This document shows positions 24,328 through 37,367 of a stretch of 64,000 nucleotides of DNA, in pieces. Both the position numbers and the translations under genes were made by a program. The DNA is from Xylographa opegraphella (Eukaryota), in assembly GCA_022813865.1 (NCBI GenBank), contig JALDZX010000001.1, positions 558,001 through 622,000 of the forward strand, read 5' to 3'. Under the pieces are notes generated by a model. That model was not told where the DNA came from, did no database searches, and saw only the letters and a program-made list of their open reading frames with translations. The first letter of the stretch is position 1. Every line of letters begins with the position of its first letter.

Positions 24328-26331
24328 ATGGCGTTTCTGGGTGGCGCAGAGTGTAGCACAGCAGGAAATCCATTAACGCATTTTACGAAGCATGTCCAGG
24401 ATGACAAGTCTCTTCAGCGTGATAGACTCGTGGGGCGAGGCCCAGGAAGCCATTTCGAGAGCATCAGGTCTTACGGACCGATGGGTCGAAACGATAAGGT
24501 ATTCCGACTTCGCCAATCAGCACAAGCACGAGACACTGATCAGTTTTGATTCTTCTAGATAATGGATGACTTCCTGCAAAAATCTGGTGGACTACCTCAA
24601 AACCACATGCAACCATTTGCCATGAATCAGATGCGAAGAGAGATTGACAGCTATTCTGTAGGCGTCTCGCATACCGGGTCCTCTGGCTGGTCAGGGGAAT
24701 ATGATCCCGGTGAACATACACGTATGGAAGCTGTCTTTCAGGGTGGAAAGACCGGAGGTTTCGTGCCTCCTGGATTTAGCCCTGCGGAGTTCCAGCGGTT
24801 CCAGCAAATGGAAAGGTATTCATCAGCAAGGTCAAGCACTCCTCTTTCCTCAACGCAAACTGCTATGAACGCCTATCAAAAGCCTATGAGCCTTAGCTAC
24901 GGCATGAACATGGGAGCAAACAGTATGTACAGACAGTCTATGGGCTTTCAGCGAGTTTCGGACACAGCCTCCCATGGCAAGGGAAAGGGACGCCTGGTGG
25001 AGCTGGATGACAACAATTGGGAGCAGCAGTTCGCCGAGATTGACGCCGTTGGACAGCAGGATCTAGACACAGAAGCAAATGCTGCAATGGAGGCAGAGCT
25101 CAACGACATAGACAGGTCAGTGCTCAAAACAGTCCCCGAAATGGGTGACTTCGAGGGCGTGTGGAGAAGCATTCAAGCTGAAAGGACCGCAAATAGGCAA
25201 ATGCTTGATGATACAATTTACGGCGACATGGGTGAGGACGGGGTGAACTTGGGCGATTTTAGCCAATGGGACGGCTTCGACGGTCTTAACACTCATGGAG
25301 GGTTTCGAGACCCTCAGCTTGGCGACTACCTCTTTGAAGAAGAGAATATATTCCGTGCTGTCGTCGATCCCTTTCAAGAAGGTATCAAAATAATGGAAGA
25401 AGCTGGAAATCTCTCTCTCGCGGCTCTTGCTTTTGAAGCTGCCGTGCAAAAAGACCCTGCGCACATTGCCGCCTGGAATATGCTCGGCAGTGCGCAGGCT
25501 CAAAACGAAAAGGAAACTCCCGCGATCCGCGCCCTCGAGCAAGCTCTTAAGCTTGATTCTACCAATCTAGACGCTCTTATGGGCCTTGCCGTGTCCTACA
25601 CAAATGAGGGCTACGAAGCCATTGCTTACCGTACCCTTGAACGCTGGCTCTCCACCAAGTATCCGCAAATCATCGCCCCCACAGATTTGTCACAGGTTGC
25701 GGAAGTTGGCTTCACTGACCGCCAGCAGCTCCACGAAAAGGTTACTGACCTATTCATCCGCGCTGCACAGCTCTCTCCGGATGGCGAGCACATGGACCCC
25801 GATGTACAGGTCGGCCTGGGCGTTCTTTTCTACGGTGATGAGGAGTACGAGAAGGCCGTCGACTGCTTTTCTGCTGCTCTTGCATCTACGGAGTTGGGAA
25901 CTACAAACCAGCAGCAACAGATTCATTTATTATGGAACCGTCTCGGTGCCACGCTTGCAAACAGTGGCCGTAGCGAGGAGGCAATCGACGCATATGAGAA
26001 GGCACTTACGTTAAACCCCAATTTTGTTCGCGCTCGTTACAATCTCGGGGTCTCGTGTATCAACATGGGGTGCTACGAAGCGGCTGCGCAGCATCTATTG
26101 GGCGCGTTGAGTAGGCACCGTGTGGTCGAACGAGAGGGGCGGGACAGAGTACATGAAGTAGTCGGCAGTATGGATGAGGAGAAATTGGACCGCATGATGA
26201 GTATGAATCAGAGCACAAATCTGTATGAGACTTTACGAAGGGTTTTGGAGCAAATGGAACGAAGGGATCTAAGTAAGCTTGTAGGGCCTGGGATGGATAT
26301 TGAGGCATTTAGAGGCGAGTTTGACTTCTAG
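24328..26331 (+). CDS. pex5: Peroxisomal targeting signal 1 receptor
   Basis: MAFLGGAECST (conserved Cys), WxxxF/Y motifs (WSGEY, WEQQF), C-terminal TPRs (LWNRLGATLANSGRSEEAI, RARYNLGVSCIN); intron 24499-24558. Confidence 0.96.
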
Positions 26332-26776
26332 AAAGCTCTGCAGAAAGTGCTCAGGTTGGAGAATGGACAGGAAGGAGCTGAAAATAGTGGCAAATCAATG
26401 CTGTCATCAATAATAAGGGATGTAATAAGCTGGATAAATGTGCTTCAGATGCTTATGATAACGAGCACTAAGAGTACCCTGAAGGGTGTTTGGCAAGACT
26501 TGAGCTTCCTAGTATTTCCTGGAAATGGTGCGTTTTGGAATTGGGTCTCTATCACTTGGGAGAATCGCATTATCAGTACCACAGTAGCTTAGTTCTCCGT
26601 ACTCAGACCATTTTTAACCGGAATCCTGAAGTCACCAAGTATACCTAATTTAGATCGAGACTGTGGCGAGGCGCTTCTCGCTTCTCGCTTATCGCTTGCA
26701 AGTACGTCGTTAAGGTACCTAGTTTCTGTATTATAGTTCCTTGGATTATGTTTATAGGCAGTCCGTTGCCGAGGCT

Positions 26777-28938
26777 ATGGAGGTGGCCTCAAATCCCGAT
26801 TCAGATGACGGAGCCTTAACAAGGGAGCCTTTAGAAAATGATAGAGATGTTTTGAGGGAGAATTTCGAGCGGGCTCAGCTGCTCGAGGATCCCTCTATAC
26901 ACAACAACAACCAGCCTGGCGATAGTCGACGCAGCGAGAAGCGGAAGTCAAGGCGACGGCAGAGAAAGGAAAGGAAGAAGATACGGACCAGAGATGAAGG
27001 AGGTACACTTCTGTACGAGATGGAGGAAGGCGGGAATGGTGTTACGAGTCCAGCTTCGTCAAGGAGCTCAATGGAGCGAGAGACAGTCCCACCACGGAGA
27101 AATGTATGTCTATTCCTGTAAATTACACACGTCTGCTAAGTCGAGACACAGTCGCGGTTTAAGAAAGTACTTCACCTTGTCCTGATCCCAATAGTAATAA
27201 TCGTCGTCCTGTGCCTTCTGGTATTCGGCGCTTATAAAAGGAGCGCAAAACCCATAGCACAAGCCGCCATGGAGTCTCTGTCTATTCTCTCGAATGGGAC
27301 CTCAAAATTTGCGCCCACCACGATACTGATATCACTAGATGGGTTCCGAGCAGACTTTCTTAACAGGGGTTTAACCCCGACACTGAATTCCTTCGTTGCC
27401 GAGGGTGTCTCGCCCAGATACATGCTTCCCAGCTTCCCAAGTGTCACATTCCCAAACCACTACACGCTAGTGACCGGCCTATATCCTGAAAGCCATGGGG
27501 TGGTTGGAAACTCATTCTGGGATACGGAACTGCAGGAAGAATTTTTCTACACGGATCCAGCCCGCAGTATGCAGCCTAAATGGTGGATTGAAGGAGAGCC
27601 CATATGGGTCACAGCAGCAGAACAAAATGTCACGAGTGCCATTCATATGTGGCCCGGGAGTGAGGCACACATACAGATCGAGCCAGCTTTTCTGGACAAG
27701 TACAACGGTACAGAGGTGCTTTCGCGTAAAGTGGATAGGATTCTAGATTTTATCGATATGCCAGGGGAATTTGATCCCGGTGCTGCTTCTGCAAATGAGT
27801 TTCGTCCACGTTTTATAGCTTTCTATGTTCCCAACGTTGACGCACATGGACATCTGAATGGGCCAAACAGCACGGCAATACGAGCAACAATTCATGATGT
27901 CGATTTAATGCTACAAGACCTTTTCGCCGGACTGCAAGAACGGAACCTGACTGATGTAATTAATATCGTCGTTGTGTCTGACCACGGTATGGCGAGCACG
28001 TCCGTCGATCGTCTCATCCAGCTCGAAGATCTTGTGGAAGTGAACATGATCGAGCATATTGATGGTTGGCCGCTCTACGGGTTGCGGCCAAAAGACCCAA
28101 ATGACCTTCCGAGTATTTACGAAAAGCTCTCCGGAAAGGCCGCTAACAATCCAAATATCGAAGTATATCTTCGCGACGAAAACATGCCCGAAAGATATCA
28201 CTTCTCCAAGAACAAACGAATTGCTCCTCTGTGGATTATTCCGAAAACCGGCTGGGCGATTGTCAAGAAGGCCGACTTCGACATAGCAGAGGCAAGAAGG
28301 ACCGGCAGGATCTACCGTCCACAGGGTCTTCATGGCTACGATCATGAGCATCCGTTGATGCGTGCAATTTTTGTTGCAAGGGGGCCCGCATTTCCTCATC
28401 AGCCCAACAGCAGGCTTGAAGTCTTCCGTAAGTGATCATTTCATGTTTCCTTTTCCTAGTTTTCTCTGCAACTGTATTATAGACTTCCTGCTGATGTCAA
28501 ATAGAGAACATCGAGGTCTACAATATCGTCTGCGACTCCCTTGGTATCGAACCGCGGCCCAACAACGGCACGCTCCGGCTGCCTCTCAAACCAGTTGGCC
28601 TGCACTCGGATGAGCTCATGCCGGCTGACGAGCCAGCGATTGATCCGCCAGTATCGGCATTACTCCCTCAGCCATCACTGTCTGCTTCACCATACTCCAG
28701 TCCCGTGGAAGCTATAACACTTGAACCCATTCCTCCACGACCTACGGTCGACGCAGGAAATGATATTGTTGACGAAACTGGCACAGAAGAGCTTGGGGGC
28801 GATGACGATAGGGAAGAAGTGGGGATGAGCGATTGGTGGCACTACTTGGTCGATAAGGTCACCACCTTGAAGGAGTGGACGGCAGAATTGTTCAAGGGAA
28901 CAAAGAGTAAGGACTCTGAGCTTGACGATGAGCGTTGA
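26777..28938 (+). CDS. npp1: Type I phosphodiesterase / nucleotide pyrophosphatase (Npp1-like), type II membrane protein
   Basis: ISLDGFRADF, PSVTFPNHYTLVTGLYPESHG, VVVSDHGM, GLHGYDH; introns 27104-27151 and 28428-28504; TM after the first intron; start codon uncertain. Confidence 0.88.
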
Positions 28939-30240
28939 TGCTGGATTCCAAGCGCTCAGTACTATCTAGAGTGTGGAGCTATTCAAGGCACCCATGCCAA
29001 TGTCTGAGGACAATGAGGATGGATGTGCGTCTTGCGTGAGTGGTGTTTATAGGTGTCGTTGAGGAGCTGTATACCCCAATTAATTGTTGTCGCTGTCGCA
29101 AGCTTTATAACGATTATTAAGCATTCTTGGTGTGTGGACGTTCTTCTTGTACTGCACATTCTATCCAGAGCAAAAGCCGTTCCACCGAACGCCTGACACC
29201 GGACACCCAGTATCGACTTACCACTTCTCGGTCAGATGGACCATGATTTATCTTCATCCCGAACTTCTATTGCTAAGAGAGCTAAATGGATGCAGAAAGA
29301 TACGCATGTGTACGTGTAGGCTATGAATGGGCCCCTCATACATGTATCGATGCGTTCGAACAGCATAGTGCTCGAGCGTTGAGTTGGAACTTTAAGCTTA
29401 CTGATTGCCCTTAGTCTGAAATTATTAATGCTAACCAATAAATCAGAGCTCAAAAATCCCAGCACTATGCAAAGCGGGATGACCAAGCGATGCGGTCCCA
29501 CCAAGTTGATATTATAAGATATCTTTCCTGTTATGAGTAACAGTCACTGCCCAGGTCGACTGTCTTCATCATGTCACTCATTACGGAGCTACATTCAATC
29601 AAGCATAGAAGACTGTACTGAGATTCAAACACTGCAAATCGTGTGGTTCGGCATCTGGTCTATTCTGAAGAGCGCCCAATGGGTCGTCCTCGAGTGGCAT
29701 CGGACTACCAGTACCACCCGTACCTAGAGCGTCCGACGTGTACATCCAACTTTCAGGTTGCTGAAGCTGGCGGACTTTGAGCCCCCTTTGTAGGAGATCG
29801 ACCGCTCAGCTTGATACGGAGTAAATGCTGCCGATATGGAACTGGTCACTTCGAGCTCTCGGATATTTCAAGGATGGATATTTCACGTGGGCGGCAGGCG
29901 GTCGGTGGGTTCGCTTTGATGAGGTTCCGCCAGTCTAAAATGGCCCGTTGTGAGGAGAACCTCTCGGCAGATATACAGCTTGCTGTCATTTTTTATTCTT
30001 CCCGAAGGAGACCCCCTTGGACCTCCCTGGCTTCTGCGAAGGGCTTGATGCAGCGACTGTCAGCGCTTAAAACTAATTGTTGTTTGCCAGGCTCGCATCT
30101 ATTGCACATCGTATCACGGATCTTACCAAGGGCTATCCTAAGGTAGCTAAACTGAAAAAGGAAATAAAGACATCGGAGCAGAACAAGCTGCTCGACTTGG
30201 TCTCCCACGCTCGCTTTTGAGATTTTGTCCCTTCATCACC

Positions 30241-30420
30241 CTAGGTACCTTACCATAAGGTAAGGTAGGCAAAGGTACCTTAGGTATGTACCTTAAGGTA
30301 TTATCTAGAGCGGCAAGCTGCAGTGCTGCCCTTCTGGCAACTGACCTCGGTGCGAGTCTCGAGCCATCCGCGGAACTGAATTCCGTGTCGACCGGACCGG
30401 ACCGGTCCGTACCGTACCGT
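30241..30420. promoter_or_regulatory. Palindrome-rich patch: AGGTACCT repeats, CGGAA-N5-TTCCG inverted repeat, ACCGG/ACCGT pentamer array
   Basis: AGGTACCT at 30243 and 30273; cggaactgaattccg 30371-30385; accggaccggaccggtccgtaccgtaccgt 30391-30420. Confidence 0.45.
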
Positions 30421-31083
30421 GACCTACACAGACCTCGGGAGTATTCCGCGCTGCTTTGGATGATGAAATCTTTTTGCATCTCTCGCGTTGCGCGTGCCTC
30501 ATCAGCTGCAAAGTCCCATTGAGGGATTAAATTGGTTAAAGGGTTCCTAACCCGTCTTTCCGTGGTCGAATTTCCCGTGATACCGCAGCATGGATCCTGT
30601 GCACGTTCAAAGCATCCACACGATTAGAGTAAGTGGATTTGAAGCCTCCGCGGTGAGCCGATGCCCTAACGTTGGTGATCATCCGAGGTAGGTACGAAAA
30701 TATGGTGCAGTCATATTCATTCATTTCCCTCAAGTTGCCAGTCGTCAGGACGTCGATGTCATGCAGCATTACGTCTTGCAGTGAACGCTCATTGGGTGTG
30801 AATGAGGAGTGCATGTGGCGGTCGGAGTACATGCTATATGATACATCCCGGAAGTTCACTTCTTTCTGCTTATACTGCATTGAAGAGCATGCAGAGCGAG
30901 CACCATATGCGTCGTCCTTCCGAGAGAGCCGACGAGCTCCAGTATCGTGACGTTTTAGAAATTTTTGTAACGCAGCATAAATAGTTCAATTTTTCCCCCT
31001 TCATAAGCTTGACAATCCATTGTGATTCTTTGTTTGTACAAAACTTCGACACCGACTGTACTGACAACCCTTTTTCAACTGCT

Positions 31084-34000
31084 ATGTCTCGCAATTCCGA
31101 AAATGCAATTGGGCCGGACTACGGACACAGACTGATACCGACACTTGTGGACGAACTTGCAGAAAACTCGCCAGACTACATCTTTGCTCTGATTCCACGA
31201 TCAGCACAATTTTCTGATGGGATGAGAGGTGTTACCGTCCGTACCTTCGCCCGCGCCGTGAACCGGGCAGCGTCTTGGATTGAATCCATTATTGGAAAAG
31301 GCTCTGCCTTTGAGACAATGCTTACATTGGTCCCAGTCAGTTTTCCGCCAAGTAAAAAGGAAATGTCAATGGATTAACATTTTCTAGCGGATCTGAGGTA
31401 CTATATCATTGCTATCGCTGCTTCCAAACTGGGTTACACGGTTCGTCCAATGTCACAACTACTCGAGCTTAGATCTCCCTAGCTAAGAAAGACGAAAGAC
31501 ATTGTTGCCCTCTCCACGCAATAGTGTGGAGGGTCATCTGTCCCTGTTTGATCACACACAATGCTACACATTGCTCAGCGCAACTGAGACTAAGATTGAG
31601 CATCTTCTGGCTGCGCGGCCAATACGTCACTTTGCTGTTGCGACGCTCGACGAGTTACTTGTTGAAGGCCCGGTTACAAAATATACGTATGAGAAGGAGT
31701 TCGAAAAAGCGGCCTCTGATCCGTTCATTATAATCCATACCTCAGGCTCCACAGGTCTCCCGAAGCCGGTCATCATAAGTCATGGTGGCCTTGCAACCAC
31801 CGATGCACACCATCTGATACCTCCACTAAACGGGTTTGAACCCCAGATCAAGATGTCCGAGGATCTCGTTCGTGTTTTCAGTAGTCTTCCCCCGTTTCAT
31901 GTCGGTAATTGCTATGCCCATGGATTCAGCCCATGTTAATGCAATAGTTTAGGTTGCAGGCATAATCCAGGGGCTTGCACTTCCCTTGTACTACAACGAG
32001 ACAATAATCTGGCCTCCTCCCGGTCGCCCAATTAGCGTTGACATGGTGGACGATCTTCTCGATAATGTCTCCTTGGACGTATGCTTTGTTGCACCTTCAA
32101 TTTTGGAGGAGATGAGCCACTCGCAGTCTTCCTTGGAAAAGCTGAGAAAAGTGAAATATGTCGAAACTGGTGGAGGTTAGACCGATCCGACACATCCCTT
32201 GCAAATCGGTATGCTAACTGGACCAGGCCCACTCTCTAAAGGTGCTGGCGATAAAATCTCAAAATATACCAAAGTTCTGAACATAATTGGCTCCTCAGAG
32301 TCATGTTTGGCACCCATGTTCCACAAAGACCCCGAAGATTGGATATACTTCCACTGCAACCCAGGAATGAAGGGGATAGAGTTCCGGGAAATAGGCGGTG
32401 GATTGTATGAGCAGTTCTATGTGCGCCATCCGTCTACAGACCCTTTTCACTCTCTATGGTACACTTTTCCGGATAAAAACGAGATCTCGACTAACGATCT
32501 TTTTTCGAAACACCCATCGAAGCCTAACTTGTGGCTGTATATGGGGCGATCAGATGACCTACTTGTCCTTTCGAACGGAGAAAAATACAACCCAACAGCT
32601 GTGGAATCGACTCTACGGTTGCACCCGGCTGTCAGAGGAGCAATTGTGGTCGGACACGCAAGGTTCCAGCCGGCAGCACTGATAGAGCTCAAGGGCAGCC
32701 CGCCACAATCAGACCATGAAAAACAAGAACTACTGGACAGCTTCAGACCATACGTAGCAAAGCTCAACGACAGCGCTTCAGGATTCGCAAAATTACGGCG
32801 AGATCATGTTACTTTCACGAAGCCAGACAAGCCAATGATCAGAGCTGACAAAGGTACGATAAAGCGTTCCGCGACAGCAAAGCTGTATGAAAAGGAAATC
32901 GACAAGTTGTATGCCGATGCCGAGGACACCACAGCTTCATTGAGCACTGTCCAAATAGACGCCCATGATCAGATTAAGTTGACAAAAACTCTGCGATTCT
33001 TGATCATCCAGATCGCTGGCTTACAGGATCTTCAAGCTGACGATGACATCTTTGCGGCTGGGATGGATTCACTACAAGTCATGAACCTCGTGCGGCAGCT
33101 CAAAACCTCTTTCATGGGAAAAGATGGAGGTATCCAAGCTCACCTTATATCGCCGCGGATAATATATTCAAACCCTACGGCATCTAAATTAGCCAAAGCT
33201 CTTCACGGCCTTCTCAATCAGGGTGACAAAACCCCCGAGGAACTAGACCGTGATAGAATCAACAGAATGGAAGAGATGCTTTCAAAGTATTCAACCAATG
33301 ATTTCACTGTTGTTCTTACGGGTAGTACCGGCTCTCTTGGATCCTATCTTTTCAACTACCTACTCGAGTCGCCAACAGTTTCAAGGGTCATTTGTCTCAA
33401 CCGAGGACATGGCGAAGAAAAGCAGAAAACAGTAAATGCATCGCGAGGGCTGGTTAGCGAATGGGATGATAAAGTGACCTTCCTGACCACGGACCTAAAC
33501 AAGCCTCGTCTCGGCTTGAACAAGTACGACTACGAGTTACTGGTTACAGAAGCTTCTTTCATAATTCGTAGGTGATAAATTATACCTTATTGGTGAATTC
33601 TATGCTGAATATGAAGGCAGACAACCAATGGCAGGTGGATTTCAATCTCAGCCTCGAGTCATTCGAGCCGCATATCGCTGGAGTTCGGGGCCTGATTGAT
33701 CTTTCGAGCCAATCTTCCAGAAATCCTCCGATCTTGTTTACATCCAGTATCTCAACTTTGGGGCGTTGGCTGGTTAAACATCCTGGGGAGAAAGTCCCCG
33801 AACAACCCTTCAATGACTTCAGTATACCTATGCCAATGGGGTATGGCGAATCGAAATACGTGGCTGAACGGCTACTCGAATTGGCGAACAAGAAACTTGG
33901 GGTTTCTGCGGCGATCTGTCGTGTAGGGCAGCTCGCGGGACCAATAAGGAGAGGAGGTATGTGGAGTAAGCAGGAGTGGCTACCAAGTGTATGTATCCGT

Positions 34001-34539
34001 CCACAAGTTTTCTATAGCCAAGACCAGAGTGAGTTGGAGGTCGCACGCTAACGAAAGCACATATCTAGCTTGTGGCAAGTTCCAAATACCTTGGTAAAAT
34101 ACCGACAACCATCCCGGGCCAAGATACGGTACCATGGGTCCCCGTCGACGCCACAGCCCGGATTATAGTGGAACTCGTCCTTTCCGACGCCGAAGAAACC
34201 TCGTCTTCCGCCTGGACGAGACACTACAATCTAGTCAATCCCCACCGCAGCTCCTGGGAGGCGCTCATCCCAACGATCATTAAGAGCCTTGGCGAGAACA
34301 TCGAACCCGTAAGCTTCAGCGAGTGGTTTGACGCATTGCAAGCTTCGGCCGGGAAGTCGGAAGACGTGGCAAAGAACCCGGCAATCAAGTTGCTGGAATG
34401 GTTCGAGCAGATGAAGGCGGGTGCTGAGGAGCCGGAATTGGAGACGGTGGAGACGGCGAAGAGGAGCGAGACGTTGAGAGCGTTGACCGCGGTGGGTCCG
34501 GAATGGATGGGGATCTGGCTTAAGCAATGGAATTTTTGA
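31084..34539 (+). CDS. NRPS-like carboxylic acid reductase (A-T-R), apparent 1-nt frameshift near 31318
   Basis: A domain IIHTSGSTGLPK and GRSDDLLVLSNGEK; T domain FAAGMDSL; R domain LTGSTGSLG and GYGESK. Introns 31336-31387, 31441-31498, 31901-31952, 32176-32226, 33568-33620, 33989-34068. Confidence 0.9.
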
Positions 34540-34944
34540 GAGGGAAAGTGCGGATGTGCATGGGAGATGAGAGCTGGTGGGGGTGTTTCATGTTTGTGAG
34601 TTTCTTGACGACCTCCTTACTTGTATATCAGTCAATGTTCTGCAATGCCTTGCCTTTGAAACTGTAATGTGCATGTTGTCTGCTACTTTGGCAGAAGAGC
34701 TCTCGTGTCACCATGTATTCGCACGACGTCCCACAAAAGAAGGCCATCCACATGGCCTGCCGAGAAAGTTACGAGGACCGGAAGGCGATCTGTGAAAGAG
34801 CCTCTCAAACTAAAGAGGGATGAAGAGAGCGCCACAAGCATGATCACGTTTCAGCACAAACAGTACATCAACCGTATGCATCAACCATTCCGGGTTCGAG
34901 AGCCTGTATAATTAGGATGATCTACGAATGAGAGACTAAATCCT

Positions 34945-36070
34945 CTAGTCGGCCACACTCTCGCCCACTTTCTCCCCTGCCGCCGCCTCCTGCTCCTGCG
35001 TCTTCGTCCCCGGCAACTCCTCCGCCTTGTCGGTGGCGGCCGTGGCATCCTCCGTCTTGGTCACGTCCGGCCCCGCCACCACTTCCTTCCCTGTATCCTC
35101 CCCCGCCACTCCTTCCTCCTCCGGCTCCTCCGCTATCTTCGAGCTTTCCTCCACAGCCTTGATCTCCTCCGGGCTCGCCATGCTGACATTAGAGCCCCTG
35201 TGCGACGTCATTGGCTCTGGTCTCTCGTCCCGAGCTGCAATGTCCTTCGGCGTCGCTGCTCCCTTGAAAGTAATGCCTGCGCTCTTGCCCTTCGGCTCCA
35301 CCGCTTTTTGCGCTTCGGAGGTTCCTGTGGGCGGTAGCGCTCCGCCTGGCGCGGAGTTGTCTAGCTTGCTGAGCATGTCGGCGTTGCTACCCGAGGCACC
35401 CGGGAGGGTGGTGGAGGGTTGCGCCTCTGATATGGACTTGGAAGGCGCCTGGGATTGAGCTTTGGACTGTTTGGCTTTCGCCGCGGCTTCGAGACTGGCC
35501 TGCCGCATCGCTGTCGCGAGCGGTGCGTCCGCGCTTGTTGCAGCGGGGGCTGAACTGACGAGAGGGGTGGCAATAGACGTAGAGGGCTTGGAGGAGGAAG
35601 CCACCGTCGACGGCGGAGGCTTGGAGGGCGTGTTCGTAGCGGACGGCGTGGGCGTGGAGACTGCCAGGGGGCCGTCGGAGAAGATGAGGTTCTGCTTGAT
35701 CTCGCCGTATTCGTTCCACTCCTCCACTTCCTCGAGGTCCTAGTTTGCTCAAGTCTCAAAATCAGCGCCCTGATTGCCACGCATTCGACGCAAAACATAT
35801 GTTTTGCGTGCGGCGGTATTTATTCACCCCCACGACCATGCCCATCCTCACGAGGCCCGGCAGTTTCCGCTTCCCCGCCCGCCGGCCCCATAGCATGCGC
35901 GCTTTCTCGTCGGTGGCGACGTCGAGGGCTTTGAAGGGCACTTTGTTGGCTTTGAGGATCGTTTCGAGCCGCGAGGTCGCGGTGATGATGTGTGATGAGC
36001 CGGCCGTCAGGGAGGTGTAGAGCCAGAGGGTGGGGTCCGTGTGGTAGGACTTTGGGGTGGAGTCCGCCAT
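34945..36070 (-). CDS. SH3BGR/glutaredoxin-like (thioredoxin-fold) N-terminal domain protein with disordered tail
   Basis: LYTSLTAGSSHIITATSRLETILKANKVPFKALDVATDEKARMLWGRR..LPGLV..VG|DLEEVEEWNEYGE; intron 35827-35740. Confidence 0.8.
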
Positions 36071-36483
36071 GGTTCGTTTGGAAAGAGTTTGGTTTCGCAG
36101 TGCGGTGGACTCGTATTATTGCTGCTGTGGTTGTGCTCGAGCTGATGTTTTGTCGTTCGCCTTGCCGCAATCCGAGGTCCGGATATCAGATTGCACGGAC
36201 CCTGGGCCGATTAGGGTTGGAACACGCTAGCTGTACGGAACAGAAGGCGAAGGCTCGAGGCCATATTCACAAAAGGAAATCATAGAAGGAGGAGTAGCAT
36301 AGGTAGGTACTCAATACCCCTTTCAATGCAAACGAATGGTTCAGTTCTACTTTTGGAAGACGTGATAACTAGACGTAATTGCCATTGAATATTTTTTGGT
36401 GACAAGGTCCTGCGTAGATTCAAGCTGTTGGCGTTTACACGACCTAGATAGCCGTGGGTCTCATTAATCGCGTCCCAGTCATA

Positions 36484-37367
36484 CTACCTTCGCCTGTCCA
36501 CTGCTTCCCTCAATTTACTGATTACATCTGCGGGATCTTTTGCTCCAAACACAGCCGAACCAGCCACAATCACATTGGCGCCAGCGTCGGCTGCTTGATC
36601 TATAGTGCCTTCACTCAAGCCTCCATCAACTTCTATGTTCAGCTCGGGATATCTTTCCCTTAAAGCTTTCACCTTTGGCAATTCCGAGGCCATGAACTTC
36701 TGACCCCCAAATCCGGGGTGCACGGTCATGACGAGAACCATCTAAGGACGCATTAGCACTACATTGACAGCTCAGCGATGCACAACCCCCACATCTGGTC
36801 TTTCCGACTTTGTAGGATTTCTGAGTATGTCCCATAGGACATCCACCTTCGTTTCTGGCTTGATAGCAATACCGGCCAACATGCCGTTTTCATGGATATA
36901 ATGTATAAGCTCTTTCGGGTTTGTTCTTTTCTCCGTCTCGTCTGCAGGGTTCTCGGCGGCTGTCGAATCAATGGCCGCTTCGTAGTGAAAGCAGTATAGA
37001 TCACATCCCGCCTTTTGGAAATCCTTCACCCACTTCTTGGGCTAGTCATGGCGATTAGGTATCAGCGCATGACTCCGTACTCGTGTAGATAGCAGATAGC
37101 AAGGGTAGCGTACGAGGAGCGTACCTCTGCAATCATCATGTGGCAGTCGAACGTGCCTTTACCCATCGAGGTCTTTGGGCGGCCGACATGGGGCCGGATT
37201 TTCGTGACCACGGGTGCTCCAAATGTGATGTTCGGTACGAAATGGCCGTCCATGATGTCGATATGGAGCCAATCGCACCCTTGGCCGATTGTGTCTGAGC
37301 ATGCGGCGCCTAGGGCAGCAAAGTCGGCGGATAGGATGGAAGGGGCAATAATGGCTGGAGGAGCCAT
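36484..37367 (-). CDS. rpe1: Ribulose-phosphate 3-epimerase
   Basis: [59 protein letters not shown]; introns 37124-37042 and 36792-36742. Confidence 0.96.

Noticed and set aside
29236..29540. Possible small spliced ORF (donor gtacgt 29310, gctaac..cag acceptor near 29447)
   Set aside because: Product is short and featureless; splice signals alone are insufficient.
36260..36486. Cryptic peroxisomal (PTS1) extension of rpe1 by readthrough or alternative splicing
   Set aside because: Stop context is TAG-TAT, not TGA-CTA, and no frame I tested ends in an SKL-like tripeptide.
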